Source: Candidatus Dojkabacteria bacterium
GTDB lineage: Bacteria; Patescibacteriota; Dojkabacteria; B142; OLB20
Direction: 5' to 3'
Assembly: GCA_035444565.1 (NCBI GenBank)
Contig: DAOMOX010000002.1
Location: 105,335 to 169,334, forward strand
DNA length: 64,000 bases
A program made the translations under genes and the position numbers. Below the pieces are notes generated by a model, which was given only the letters and a program-made list of their open reading frames with translations, made no database searches and was not told the origin of the DNA. This document shows positions 48,186 to 57,813 of the stretch, piece by piece; positions within the stretch are counted from its first letter, which is position 1, and every line of letters begins with the position of its first letter.

Positions 48186-48289
48186 ACGGGATATAATTCA
48201 ATTTCCACCAGAGGCGGACCAGCCTTTGGCTGGGGCTAGAATGTACGCTTCGGGTGCGTAATGTTCCCGGTTCAAGTCCGGGTATCCCG
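48186..48289 (+). tRNA. tRNA-Pro (anticodon CGG) with about 28-nt insertion (putative non-canonical intron) in the D-loop; CCA follows at 48290-48292
   Basis: CGGGATA TA ATTC [A-ATTTCCACCAGAGGCGGACCAGCCTTTG-GCTGGGGCTA] GAAT G TACGC TTCGGGT GCGTA ATGTT CCCGG TTCAAGT CCGGG TATCCCG A. All stems Watson-Crick, G37 as expected for Pro. Confidence 0.6.
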
Positions 48290-48569
48290 ACCAATCAAGA
48301 CGTGATTTTTTGAAATATCACGTAAAGCCTCATACAGAGGGCTTATTTCCATGTTCGTAAGTTCGTAATTTTTATATGTGGGTACGTTCGTAAACATACT
48401 TCCCAAAATATCCCTTCTTTGATTAAAGGTTGCAATTTCCCAGTATCGGTCTATTTTTGCACCAAATTGGGCTAACATTGTTGAAGATTGGCAAATTCAT
48501 CTAGTAGGTTAATTCTCTTGTTACCTTTAAGGGTTGAAGGTTAAACCCTCAAAATTTGAGCAGTTGAAA

Positions 48570-48607
48570 CTTACTTTCTTTATCTCTAGCCGAAATAAGA
48601 AAGTAAG
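48570..48607. promoter_or_regulatory. 11-bp perfect inverted repeat cttactttctt-N16-aagaaagtaag upstream of XRE regulator/hsdR operon
   Basis: Perfect palindrome arms read directly from the sequence. Confidence 0.4.
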
Positions 48608-48616
48608 CAAAGAAAG

Positions 48617-48892
48617 TTGGCATTTCACTTACAAAAGTTGTATGATACAGTAATATCATATTACCAGTATTTGAACACTATGTTTACAAACATTGGAGAG
48701 AAAATTAAGAAAGTAAGAAACGATAAAGGGTTGACACAGGAGGAGTTAGCCCAAAAGGCTAATATCTCCTATATAACCCTTGTGAAAATTGAGCAAGGAA
48801 AGGTTGAGAATCCTACAATGAAGACTTTGCAAAAAATTGCAAAGGCATTGGAAATTTCTCTTGATGAAATAGTTAAAAATGTAAAACAATGA
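48617..48892 (+). CDS. XRE-family helix-turn-helix transcriptional regulator (controller of R-M operon), probable true start 48680
   Basis: IGEKIKKVRNDKGLTQEELAQKANISYITLVKIEQGK (HTH_XRE); stop overlaps hsdR start. Confidence 0.65.
   Translation: MAFHLQKLYDTVISYYQYLNTMFTNIGEKIKKVRNDKGLTQEELAQKANISYITLVKIEQGKVENPTMKTLQKIAKALEISLDEIVKNVKQ
48650..48664. promoter_or_regulatory. Operator-like palindrome GTAATAT-C-ATATTAC just upstream of probable XRE start (ATG 48680)
   Basis: Perfect 7-bp inverted repeat. Confidence 0.35.
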
Positions 48893-51279
48893 ATAAAAAT
48901 CAATTATCAGAAACAGACATTAGAACAAAGTTTATTACACCCGCAATTCAAGATGCAGGTTGGAATATTCAAAAGCAAGTGCGAGAGGAAGTCCACTTTA
49001 CTGATGGAAGGATAATTGTTAAAGGAGAAACAGTAAAAAGAGCTAAAGGTAAGAAAGCTGATTATATCCTGTACTACAAATCAAACCTTCCCATTGCAAT
49101 TGTCGAAGCTAAAGACAACAAACACTCGATTGGAGATGGTATGCAACAAGGACTTGATTATGCTGAAATCCTTGATATACCTTTTGTATTCTCAAGCAAT
49201 GGAGATGGTTTCCTAGAACATGATAGAACTATTTCAGAGGGAAAAGTAGAAAGAGAAATATCATTACAGCAATTTCCTTCACCAGAAGAACTTTATCAAC
49301 GTTATAAAATTTGGAAGGGGTTATCTAGCGAGCAAGAACAAATTTTAAAACAAGACTACTACTACTCACCAACAAGTAAGACACCAAGATACTATCAAGA
49401 AATAGCTATCAACAGGACTGTTGAATCTATAGCAAAGGGAAAAGATAGACTTCTTCTTGTAATGGCAACAGGTACAGGGAAAACCTTTACTGCCTTTCAG
49501 ATAATGTGGCGGTTATGGCAAGCAAAGAAAAAGAAAAGAATTCTTTTTGTCGCTGACAGAAATATTCTAGTTGATGATCCGATGAGAAGAGATTTTTCTC
49601 CATTTGGTGAGAAAATGACAAAGATTAATAGACTTAACTTTAATATTCAGAAATACTCTGCATACGAAATTTTTATTGGATTGTATCAAAGCATAACTGG
49701 TTTGGATGAATCCCAAAAAATTTATAAACAGTTTCCAAGAGATTTTTTTGATTTGATAGTCATTGACGAAGCACACAGAGGAAGTGCTTCTGATGATTCT
49801 GCTTGGAGAGAAATATTAGAGTATTTTAACAGTTCGACTCAAGTCGGTATGACTGCTACTCCAAAGCAAGAGCATGGAGCAGATAATATTGAATACTTTG
49901 GTGAACCAGTTTACACATATTCACTAAAACAAGGGATTGAAGATGGTTTTCTTGCCCCTTACAGGGTAATTAGAGTGACTCTTGATACGGATTCAGAAGG
50001 CTTTAGACCTTACACAGGTCAAGTTGATAAGTATGGAAACGAAATTCCAGATGAAGAATATAACGTGAAAGATTTTGATAGAAGAATTGTTATTGATGAA
50101 AGAACAGAAATCATTGCAAGAAAGATTACTGAATTTCTAAAAAATACAGACCGATTCTCAAAAACAATCGTTTTTTGTGTAGATATTGCTCATGCAGAAC
50201 GTATGAGACAAGCTTTAATGAATGAGAATGTTGATCTAGTAAACGAAAATCGAAAATATGTGATGCGAATTACTGGTGATAACGAGGAAGGTAAAAACGA
50301 ATTGGATAACTTTATTGACCCAGAACAAAAATATCCAGTTGTTGTAACTACTTCGAAGCTACTTACAACAGGAGTTGACGCTAAAACTTGTAAATTGATT
50401 GTGCTAGATACAAATATCAACTCAATGACTGAATTTAAACAGATTATTGGCAGAGGTACGAGACTTGACCCTGATTTTGACAAGTATTTCTTTACAATAA
50501 TGGACTTTAGACAGGCTACTAAGTTATTTGCTGACCCTGCATTTGACGGTCCTGCAATAAGCACATCTGAAAAAACAGAAGATGATGAGATTACTCTACC
50601 ATCTGAAGATGAATATGTAGTCACCCCAGAGGAAGCAGAAGCATTAAAAGATTCAGCTGATATTGAATATATAAGTTCAAAAAATGATGTTTCGATAGAT
50701 GGTGCACCTGAAAAGCCTAAGAAGTATTATGTAAATGGTGTTGATGTTGAAGTTATAAATGAAACAGTTCAGTACTATGATGAGAACGGAAAACTTACAA
50801 CAGAATCATTAAGAAGCTATACGAAGAAAAGTCTTATTAAAAGATATAAAACACTTAATGAATTTCTGAATGATTGGAATGATGCTGAAATGAAATCTGC
50901 AATACTAGAGGAGCTTGAGGAACAGGGAATCTTTTTTGAAGAATTGAAAAAAGAAGTTGGAAAAGAATTAGATCCTTTCGATATGATTCTACACATTGCT
51001 TTTGATAAACCACCTCTTACACGTAGAGAAAGAGCTAATAATGTCATTAAGAGAAACTATTTTGAAAAGTATGGAGAGGAAGCTCGAAAAGTTTTACAGG
51101 CACTTCTTGATAAATACTCCGATGAAGGAATTATGGCACTTGAAGATATGGAAGTACTGAAAGTTCAGCCAATAAATCAGTTTGGTTCTCCTGTAGAAAT
51201 CGTGAGTTATTTCGGAGGTAGAGAGCAATATGTTGAAGCAGTCCAACAAATGGAACAATTAATTTATATGCAAGCTTAA
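48889..51279 (+). CDS. hsdR: Type I restriction enzyme R subunit (short form)
   Basis: HsdR N-terminal nuclease region (KADYILYY...IVEAKD), MATGTGKT Walker A, IVIDEAHRG DEAH box. Confidence 0.8.
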   Translation: MNKNQLSETDIRTKFITPAIQDAGWNIQKQVREEVHFTDGRIIVKGETVKRAKGKKADYILYYKSNLPIAIVEAKDNKHSIGDGMQQGLDYAEILDIPFVFSSNGDGFLEHDRTISEGKVEREISLQQFPSPEELYQRYKIWKGLSSEQEQILKQDYYYSPTSKTPRYYQEIAINRTVESIAKGKDRLLLVMATGTGKTFTAFQIMWRLWQAKKKKRILFVADRNILVDDPMRRDFSPFGEKMTKINRLNFNIQKYSAYEIFIGLYQSITGLDESQKIYKQFPRDFFDLIVIDEAHRGSASDDSAWREILEYFNSSTQVGMTATPKQEHGADNIEYFGEPVYTYSLKQGIEDGFLAPYRVIRVTLDTDSEGFRPYTGQVDKYGNEIPDEEYNVKDFDRRIVIDERTEIIARKITEFLKNTDRFSKTIVFCVDIAHAERMRQALMNENVDLVNENRKYVMRITGDNEEGKNELDNFIDPEQKYPVVVTTSKLLTTGVDAKTCKLIVLDTNINSMTEFKQIIGRGTRLDPDFDKYFFTIMDFRQATKLFADPAFDGPAISTSEKTEDDEITLPSEDEYVVTPEEAEALKDSADIEYISSKNDVSIDGAPEKPKKYYVNGVDVEVINETVQYYDENGKLTTESLRSYTKKSLIKRYKTLNEFLNDWNDAEMKSAILEELEEQGIFFEELKKEVGKELDPFDMILHIAFDKPPLTRRERANNVIKRNYFEKYGEEARKVLQALLDKYSDEGIMALEDMEVLKVQPINQFGSPVEIVSYFGGREQYVEAVQQMEQLIYMQA

Positions 51280-51285
51280 ATCACT

Positions 51286-52716
51286 ATGGCACTATCAAAC
51301 CTCATAAAAACAATTCAGAATATAATGAGAAAAGATACAGGAGTTGATGGAGATGCTCAGCGAATCTCTCAGCTTACTTGGATGCTTTTCCTCAAGATAT
51401 TTGATGATAAAGAAAGTGAATATGAATTATTGGATTCAAATTATAAGTCCCCAATTCCAGAAGAACTTCGTTGGAGAAATTGGGCAGTAGAAGATACTGG
51501 AATTACAGGTGATGAATTGATAGATTTTATCAACGAAAAGCTTTTCCCTGGTCTAAAAAATATGAGTTGGCAGAAAGGAGATGATCCTAAGGGGTTTATT
51601 GTCAAAGAAATCTTTCAAGATAGCTACAATTATATGAAGTCAGGAACATTGATGAGGCAAGTTATCAATGTGATAGATAACGAAATTGACTTCAATAATA
51701 GTAAGCAAACTCATATTTTTAATGATATTTATGAGAAAATTTTAAAAGACCTCCAAAGTGCAGGAAACGCTGGCGAGTACTATACCCCACGAGCTGTAAC
51801 CAAGTTTGTTGTTGAGATGGTAGATCCACAACTCGGAGATAAGATTCTAGACCCTGCATGTGGTACAGGCGGATTTTTAATCGATTCACTTGAGCATATC
51901 AGAAACAATCAGGTTAAAACACCAGAAGAAGAAAAGCTATTGCAGAATTCAATTTATGGAACTGAAAAGAAGCCTCTTCCTCATATGCTTGTTATGACCA
52001 ACTTGATTCTACATGGCATTGAAGCTCCCCTAAATGTAAGGCGAGGAAATTCGTTAGCAAATTCTATTAGAGATATTACTCAAAAAGATCGTGTTGACGT
52101 TGTTATTACAAATCCTCCATTTGGTGGAATAGAACAAGATATGATCAAAAAAGGTTTTCCTACTCAATTCCAAACTAGTGAGACTGCAGACCTATTCTTA
52201 ATTATGATTATTGAGCTTCTGAAATCTGGTGGAAAAGCAGGAATAGTCTTACCAGATGGCTCACTTACTGGGGATGGGGTGAAAGCAAGAATTAGGGAAA
52301 AACTAATAACTGATTGCAACCTACATACGATTGTTAGGTTACCCAATTCGGTATTCGCACCATATGCGACTGTTGCTACAAATCTACTTTTTTTCACAAA
52401 AGGTGAATCAACAAAAGAAGTTTGGTATTACGAGCATACATTACCAGAAGGACAAAAATCATATTCAAAGACAAAAACTATTAATTTTGAAGAGTTTAAG
52501 CCAATACAAGAATGGTGGATTGATAGGAAAGAAAGTGAGGTGTCTTGGAAAGTAACTATCGATGATCTTCAAGAGACTGGCTTCAACTTAGATATTAAGA
52601 ATCCAAACAAGAAGGAGGATACTATTGAATTTACATCTGCTGAATTAATTAAGAAATTAGAAGATTCATTTGCAGATAGTAGAAAGCTACTTGAGGAAAT
52701 TAAAAAGGAATTATGA
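51286..52716 (+). CDS. hsdM: Type I R-M N6-adenine methyltransferase subunit
   Basis: DPACGTGGFLI motif I, ITNPPFGG motif IV. Confidence 0.85.
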   Translation: MALSNLIKTIQNIMRKDTGVDGDAQRISQLTWMLFLKIFDDKESEYELLDSNYKSPIPEELRWRNWAVEDTGITGDELIDFINEKLFPGLKNMSWQKGDDPKGFIVKEIFQDSYNYMKSGTLMRQVINVIDNEIDFNNSKQTHIFNDIYEKILKDLQSAGNAGEYYTPRAVTKFVVEMVDPQLGDKILDPACGTGGFLIDSLEHIRNNQVKTPEEEKLLQNSIYGTEKKPLPHMLVMTNLILHGIEAPLNVRRGNSLANSIRDITQKDRVDVVITNPPFGGIEQDMIKKGFPTQFQTSETADLFLIMIIELLKSGGKAGIVLPDGSLTGDGVKARIREKLITDCNLHTIVRLPNSVFAPYATVATNLLFFTKGESTKEVWYYEHTLPEGQKSYSKTKTINFEEFKPIQEWWIDRKESEVSWKVTIDDLQETGFNLDIKNPNKKEDTIEFTSAELIKKLEDSFADSRKLLEEIKKEL

Positions 52717-55403
52717 AACAGGAGTCATTATATGAAAATATTATTGAATGGTTAAAAGATAAGCCTTTATTTGTGCAAGACTCTGCTCGCAGGCTACTGC
52801 ACAATTCGGTTTTATCTGACAAGGACAAGGATGATATATTTATTTTACTTAAAAAAGAATGTGGTTTTGAGGGAATAGAACTAGTAAGCCAAGCAGTGAC
52901 ATCCTCTGACATCCCCTCAACAATTGCAAGCAATCAAGGATATCCGAAGTTATTATCAATCAAAAACCCTGTAAATATTAATGCCTTAAATACAAATGCT
53001 GTACTAAACTTTGATCCCAATGGTATTACTGTTGTATATGGGAAAAATGGATCTGGGAAATCAAGTTATTCAAGAATTTTAAAGCGCTTTTGTTGGAGTA
53101 GACATAAGGATACTAACATACTGCCAAATATTTATAGTTCCAATAATAATCCTCAATCTGTTGTTGTTGAGACAGATACCAATGAGCATAATTTAAAAAT
53201 AGCCGATCAAATATCAGTATCTGAATTAAATTCTATCTATGTATTCGATTCAAATTGTTCGTCTGTATATGTGAATAATGAAACTGAGACTCAATATAAA
53301 CCTGCAGAAATTGATCTTATACAAGATCTTGTAAACCTATTAAAGGATTTAAATCAACAGGTGAATAATGAAGAAGATAAATTAGTTACTACCAAACCAG
53401 AGCTGTCTTTTGAGGATTACCGTAACACTAATATTTATAGTTGGTATTCAAATATTGAAAAAGAATCATCTGAGAATATTTCATCTAAACTAACGATTAG
53501 TAAAGAGAATCGGAAGAGACACGGCGATTTAGAGGAGTTGCTCGCTAAAAGTGATCCAAGCAAGGAAAATCAAGATCTAATACAAAAGAAAACACGATAT
53601 GAGACCTTAAGAAATGAATTACTTAGAATTGAGAAAGCGTTTTCTAAGCTGAACTTTCAAAATATTAGGAAACTGAAAAACGATTTTAATATAAAGAAAG
53701 GTGCATACGAACTGTCGAAATCAATGATTGAAAAATATAATAAGTTAGCGGGCATAGGCTCTGAGTCTTGGAAACTATTATGGCAAGCTGCTAAGAAGTA
53801 TGCTACAACTGAAGTACATCCTCACGTGTCTGAGTATCCCTCTGGCACAAGTGCCAATGTATGTATGCTCTGTCAGCAGGATTTAGATAATGAAGCAAAG
53901 AAAAAGCAAATAGACTTTGACTCTTTTATCCAGAGTAATGCCAGTGCAGAATTTGATCAAGCGAAAAAAACTGTTTTAGATAAATACAACCAAATTGTCA
54001 ATGTAAAAATCACTGCCTCACAAGATACAATAGTAGAGATAAAACAAGACGTAGATGGATTTGAGGCTAAATATAATACATTTGAAACAGAATTTAAGAA
54101 AGTACAAGCTAGCTGGCTCAAATATTTAGATGAAAATGAAGCTACAAATGAGATCCTAATATCTGCTTATCAGGAAAAAGAAGAAGTATCAGAAAGTAAA
54201 GTAACACTCGAAGAAGTGAAAAGTGATCAAGTTCAAGTAATTGATAGTGTTATATATAAAGAGGAATTGAAGTGCATTTCCGATTTAATCGCTAAAGAGG
54301 TAGAAAATATAGAAGAAAAGATTCTCGCAAATAAGAAATTATTAGAAGATAGACCAACTTTGGAAAAGGAAAAAAAAGAGTTAGATGCATTGCTCTACCT
54401 TGAATCAAAGAAAACCGAACTTCTGGGATATTTAACAGAGTCTTCTCTTAAAGAAAGATATAAGTCTTGCAAAGCTAAGCTTAATACATCTCAATACTCA
54501 AAAAAAATAGGGGACTTATTAGAAACTAATGGTATTAATTTGTTGAAAACTGAATTTACATCTGTACTTAATTTCTTCAATACTGATCTTGCTTCAAAAG
54601 TTTGCTTAGAAAAAACCAGAACAGATAGCGGTACTACTTTCCACCAATTGGGATTCTCAACAATTAACGGAAGTATGAATTCTGTTTTGAGTGAAGGTGA
54701 ACAGAAAATAATTTCACTCTCTGGGTTCTTAGCCGAATGTACCATTGGTGGTGCGAAGAACACGATCGTATTCGATGATCCTGTAAATTCTCTTGATCAA
54801 GATTATCGAGAGGCTATAGCTGATAAATTAATAGAGCTTTGTAAGGACAGACAAATAATAGTATTTACTCACGACCTTTATTTTCTTAGCTTACTTATGT
54901 ATGGTTCAAAGGAAACTAATGGAGAAGAGTGTAAATCTTTGTCTTTAGAATTTGCGGAGAGTAGTGGAATCGTCACTGATGAAGTACCATTCTTAGCTAA
55001 GAATGTTCAACAAAGAATTGATAATATCAAAAGTGAACTTAATAAATTATCTTCGTTAACAAGTGGAAAAGATACCGCATTAGATTCAATTCGGAAGAAA
55101 ATGCGTTTTCTTGTCGAGAAATCAATAGAAGAGATACTTTCAAATAAAGCAATCCAAAGATTTAGCAAGAACATTACGGTCAAGAAAGACCTACTGGCCA
55201 GTTATGTGGTCACAGACAAAAATGATATTAACTACTTGATTGATTTATATGGAAAGTATTCTATTACAGAACATGATGGGGGCTTCGAGATTGTCCCAAA
55301 ACTTCCAGATGAAACTGCTATTAGAAACGATCTAACTGAGTTTTCAACTTGGAAGGATAAATTTAAAACTAAACTCGATACGTATAAAAATAATGGAATA
55401 TAA
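52713..55403 (+). CDS. RloC/PrrC-like ABC ATPase with long coiled coil and CxxC zinc hook, located between hsdM and hsdS (candidate anticodon nuclease or other R-M-linked effector)
   Basis: Walker A VVYGKNGSGKSS, central CMLCQQD in predicted coiled coil, ABC signature LSEGEQ, Walker B IVFDDPVNSLD, H-loop IVFTHD, about 160-aa C-terminal domain of unknown function. Confidence 0.45.
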   Translation: MKQESLYENIIEWLKDKPLFVQDSARRLLHNSVLSDKDKDDIFILLKKECGFEGIELVSQAVTSSDIPSTIASNQGYPKLLSIKNPVNINALNTNAVLNFDPNGITVVYGKNGSGKSSYSRILKRFCWSRHKDTNILPNIYSSNNNPQSVVVETDTNEHNLKIADQISVSELNSIYVFDSNCSSVYVNNETETQYKPAEIDLIQDLVNLLKDLNQQVNNEEDKLVTTKPELSFEDYRNTNIYSWYSNIEKESSENISSKLTISKENRKRHGDLEELLAKSDPSKENQDLIQKKTRYETLRNELLRIEKAFSKLNFQNIRKLKNDFNIKKGAYELSKSMIEKYNKLAGIGSESWKLLWQAAKKYATTEVHPHVSEYPSGTSANVCMLCQQDLDNEAKKKQIDFDSFIQSNASAEFDQAKKTVLDKYNQIVNVKITASQDTIVEIKQDVDGFEAKYNTFETEFKKVQASWLKYLDENEATNEILISAYQEKEEVSESKVTLEEVKSDQVQVIDSVIYKEELKCISDLIAKEVENIEEKILANKKLLEDRPTLEKEKKELDALLYLESKKTELLGYLTESSLKERYKSCKAKLNTSQYSKKIGDLLETNGINLLKTEFTSVLNFFNTDLASKVCLEKTRTDSGTTFHQLGFSTINGSMNSVLSEGEQKIISLSGFLAECTIGGAKNTIVFDDPVNSLDQDYREAIADKLIELCKDRQIIVFTHDLYFLSLLMYGSKETNGEECKSLSLEFAESSGIVTDEVPFLAKNVQQRIDNIKSELNKLSSLTSGKDTALDSIRKKMRFLVEKSIEEILSNKAIQRFSKNITVKKDLLASYVVTDKNDINYLIDLYGKYSITEHDGGFEIVPKLPDETAIRNDLTEFSTWKDKFKTKLDTYKNNGI

Positions 55404-56568
55404 AATCCAGAAAGTAAAACTCAAGGATGTTTGTAAAATAGAAAAAGGCAAGATAGGTATTACGAAAGCAGTAAAAGGAGAATATCCTTTGGTTGTAACT
55501 GCTGAAGAAAGATTAAGCCACAACGAATGGCATTTCAATGAACCTGCGACAATTGTACCCCTTGTCTCTTCTACTGGTCACGGGCATGCAAGTATAAAAA
55601 GGCTACATTACGCAGATGGTAAATATGCTGTTGGAAATATACTTGCTACTCTTATTCCAATAGATCATGACTATCTTAATGCTAAATATCTTTATGTGTA
55701 TCTAACAATAAATAAAGAGGAATTATTGGTATCGCAAATGACTGGGGCAGCTAACGTCACTCTAACACTTACTAGATTAGCAGATGTAGAAATTGAAATT
55801 CCCGATTATGCCACTCAACTAAAAGTTATAAACCGTTATGAAGATTCTGAAAATTTCAAGAATCAGATGGGTTCACAAATAGAAGTTAGATCCCAGTTAA
55901 TTGAAAATCTCCGCCAACAAATTCTCAATGATGCGATAACAGGTAAATTATCAGAAAAATGGAGGAGAGACAATCTGGGAGACGTAATTACTGACATAGG
56001 TACAGGTTGGAAAATATGTAGGTTATTTGAAGTGGCAGACTTTTTTAATGGCAAGGCTCATGAACCTATTGTCTCTGAGAATGGTAAATTTATATTAATT
56101 AACTCTAAATTTGTTTCGAACTCAGGTGATACAAAGATAAAAATGGTAACGGAAAGGCTAACACCACTTCAAAGTGGAGATATTGCATTTGTTATGAGTG
56201 ATGTACCAGGTGGAAGAGCACTTGCAAGAACATATTTAGTTGAACGAGATGATAAATATTCCCTTAATCAAAGGATTTGTGGTTTTAAAGCAAAAAGTTG
56301 TATTTTACCCGCTTTCTTGAATGTAATTCTGAATAGAAATGATTATTTTTTATCTTTTGATGATGGAAAAAAGCAAACAAATTTAAGAAAAGACCAAATC
56401 ATACAGTTTGAATTTTCTCTTCCTTCAATTTCAGAACAACACTATATTGTGGAGGGAATAAAATCTCTATTTATAAAGATCGATCGAATAAATCAAATAA
56501 ACAATGAGAATCTGACCATGGTTGATCTTCTGAACAAAGTATCACTTAAAGAATTGTTCGGCAATTAA
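55393..56568 (+). CDS. hsdS: Type I R-M specificity subunit
   Basis: Two TRD halves with conserved spacer helices (…LRQQILNDAITGKL…, …VEGIKSLFIKIDRINQI…). Confidence 0.75.
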   Translation: MEYKIQKVKLKDVCKIEKGKIGITKAVKGEYPLVVTAEERLSHNEWHFNEPATIVPLVSSTGHGHASIKRLHYADGKYAVGNILATLIPIDHDYLNAKYLYVYLTINKEELLVSQMTGAANVTLTLTRLADVEIEIPDYATQLKVINRYEDSENFKNQMGSQIEVRSQLIENLRQQILNDAITGKLSEKWRRDNLGDVITDIGTGWKICRLFEVADFFNGKAHEPIVSENGKFILINSKFVSNSGDTKIKMVTERLTPLQSGDIAFVMSDVPGGRALARTYLVERDDKYSLNQRICGFKAKSCILPAFLNVILNRNDYFLSFDDGKKQTNLRKDQIIQFEFSLPSISEQHYIVEGIKSLFIKIDRINQINNENLTMVDLLNKVSLKELFGN

Positions 56569-56585
56569 GTTATAATAATATACTT

Positions 56586-57791
56586 ATGGCAACAACTATA
56601 AAATGCGAACAATGCGGAAATGTAATTGAAATTACGGATGCAATCCGCAAAGAACTTGAGGCTAAAGTACTTCAAGAGACTCAAGCAAAACATGATGCTG
56701 AAATAAAAGCTTTAAAAGAAAAACAAGAGCAACTTGAAGAGCAAAAGCAAAAGGAAATTGAACAAGTTAAACAAGAAATATCAGAATCAGCAAAAAAAGA
56801 TGCAATAGAAAAAGTCCGCAAAGAATATGATACGAAGATCAATTCAACTAAAGAAGAGTCGGAAGAAAGAGAAAAACAAAACCAAGAATTACAAAAACAA
56901 GTTTCGGATCTCATTAAACAACTTAGAGAATCAAAGGATACAGAGGGAAAATTAAAGATACAATTTGAGAAACAGTTGCTAGAGGAACAAGACAATATTA
57001 AGCAAGGAGCTAAAAAAGAAGCACAAGAAGAACTAAGCCTACAAATAGCACAAAAGGATAAGATGCTCGAAGATCTTAAAAAACAACTTCAAGAAGCACA
57101 AAGGAAAGCTCAACAAGGTTCTCAGCAACTTCAAGGTGAAGTACAGGAACTTGCTCTTGAAGACCAACTAAAACAAGCATTTATATACGATGAAGTTTCA
57201 GAAGTACCTAAAGGTATAAATGGAGCAGATGTGATACAGACCGTAAGAACCAATTTCGGTACTTCTTGCGGAACTATTGTTTGGGAATCTAAAAATACCA
57301 AAGCATGGTCTCAACAATGGGTTGCAAAGCTAAAAGAAGATACAAGAACATTAAAAGCGGATATATCAGTTTTAGTATCATCTGTACTACCAGAAGGAAT
57401 TCAATCATTTGCTCAAATAGACGGAGTATGGGTGTGCGATATGAAGAGTGCAATACCATTAGCATTTGCTCTCAGAGAGAGGATTATCGCCGTTAGAAAT
57501 ATTCAAGAGGCAAATAAAGGAAAAGCAACTAAAGCGGAGGTTGTATACAATTACTTAATAAGTAATGATTTTAAACAGCGAATTGAAGTTTGGATTGAGT
57601 ATTTCAAATCAAGGAAGGAAGAGTTAGATATAGAGAAGCGGTATTTCATGAAGAAGTGGGATAAAGAAGATAAGAATATTATGAAAGTCCTCCATAACAC
57701 AGCAGGAATGTATGGCGATTTACAGGGACTTATTGGTACTGCTTTACCGAAGGTTCAGTATCTGGAACTACCAGAAGAGATACATAATTAA
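56586..57791 (+). CDS. Hypothetical coiled-coil protein with N-terminal CxxC and C-terminal globular domain (DUF2130-like), R-M associated
   Basis: MATTIKCEQCGNV..., long KE-rich coiled coil, C-terminal GADVIQTVRTNFGTSCGTIVWESKNTKAW... Confidence 0.35.
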   Translation: MATTIKCEQCGNVIEITDAIRKELEAKVLQETQAKHDAEIKALKEKQEQLEEQKQKEIEQVKQEISESAKKDAIEKVRKEYDTKINSTKEESEEREKQNQELQKQVSDLIKQLRESKDTEGKLKIQFEKQLLEEQDNIKQGAKKEAQEELSLQIAQKDKMLEDLKKQLQEAQRKAQQGSQQLQGEVQELALEDQLKQAFIYDEVSEVPKGINGADVIQTVRTNFGTSCGTIVWESKNTKAWSQQWVAKLKEDTRTLKADISVLVSSVLPEGIQSFAQIDGVWVCDMKSAIPLAFALRERIIAVRNIQEANKGKATKAEVVYNYLISNDFKQRIEVWIEYFKSRKEELDIEKRYFMKKWDKEDKNIMKVLHNTAGMYGDLQGLIGTALPKVQYLELPEEIHN

Positions 57792-57813
57792 AATACTTAT
57801 ATTAAAATATCTT

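Noticed and set aside
48272-48478. 68-aa minus-strand ORF
   Set aside because: Its 3' end overlaps the acceptor/CCA end of tRNA-Pro(CGG). No supporting motifs; probably spurious.
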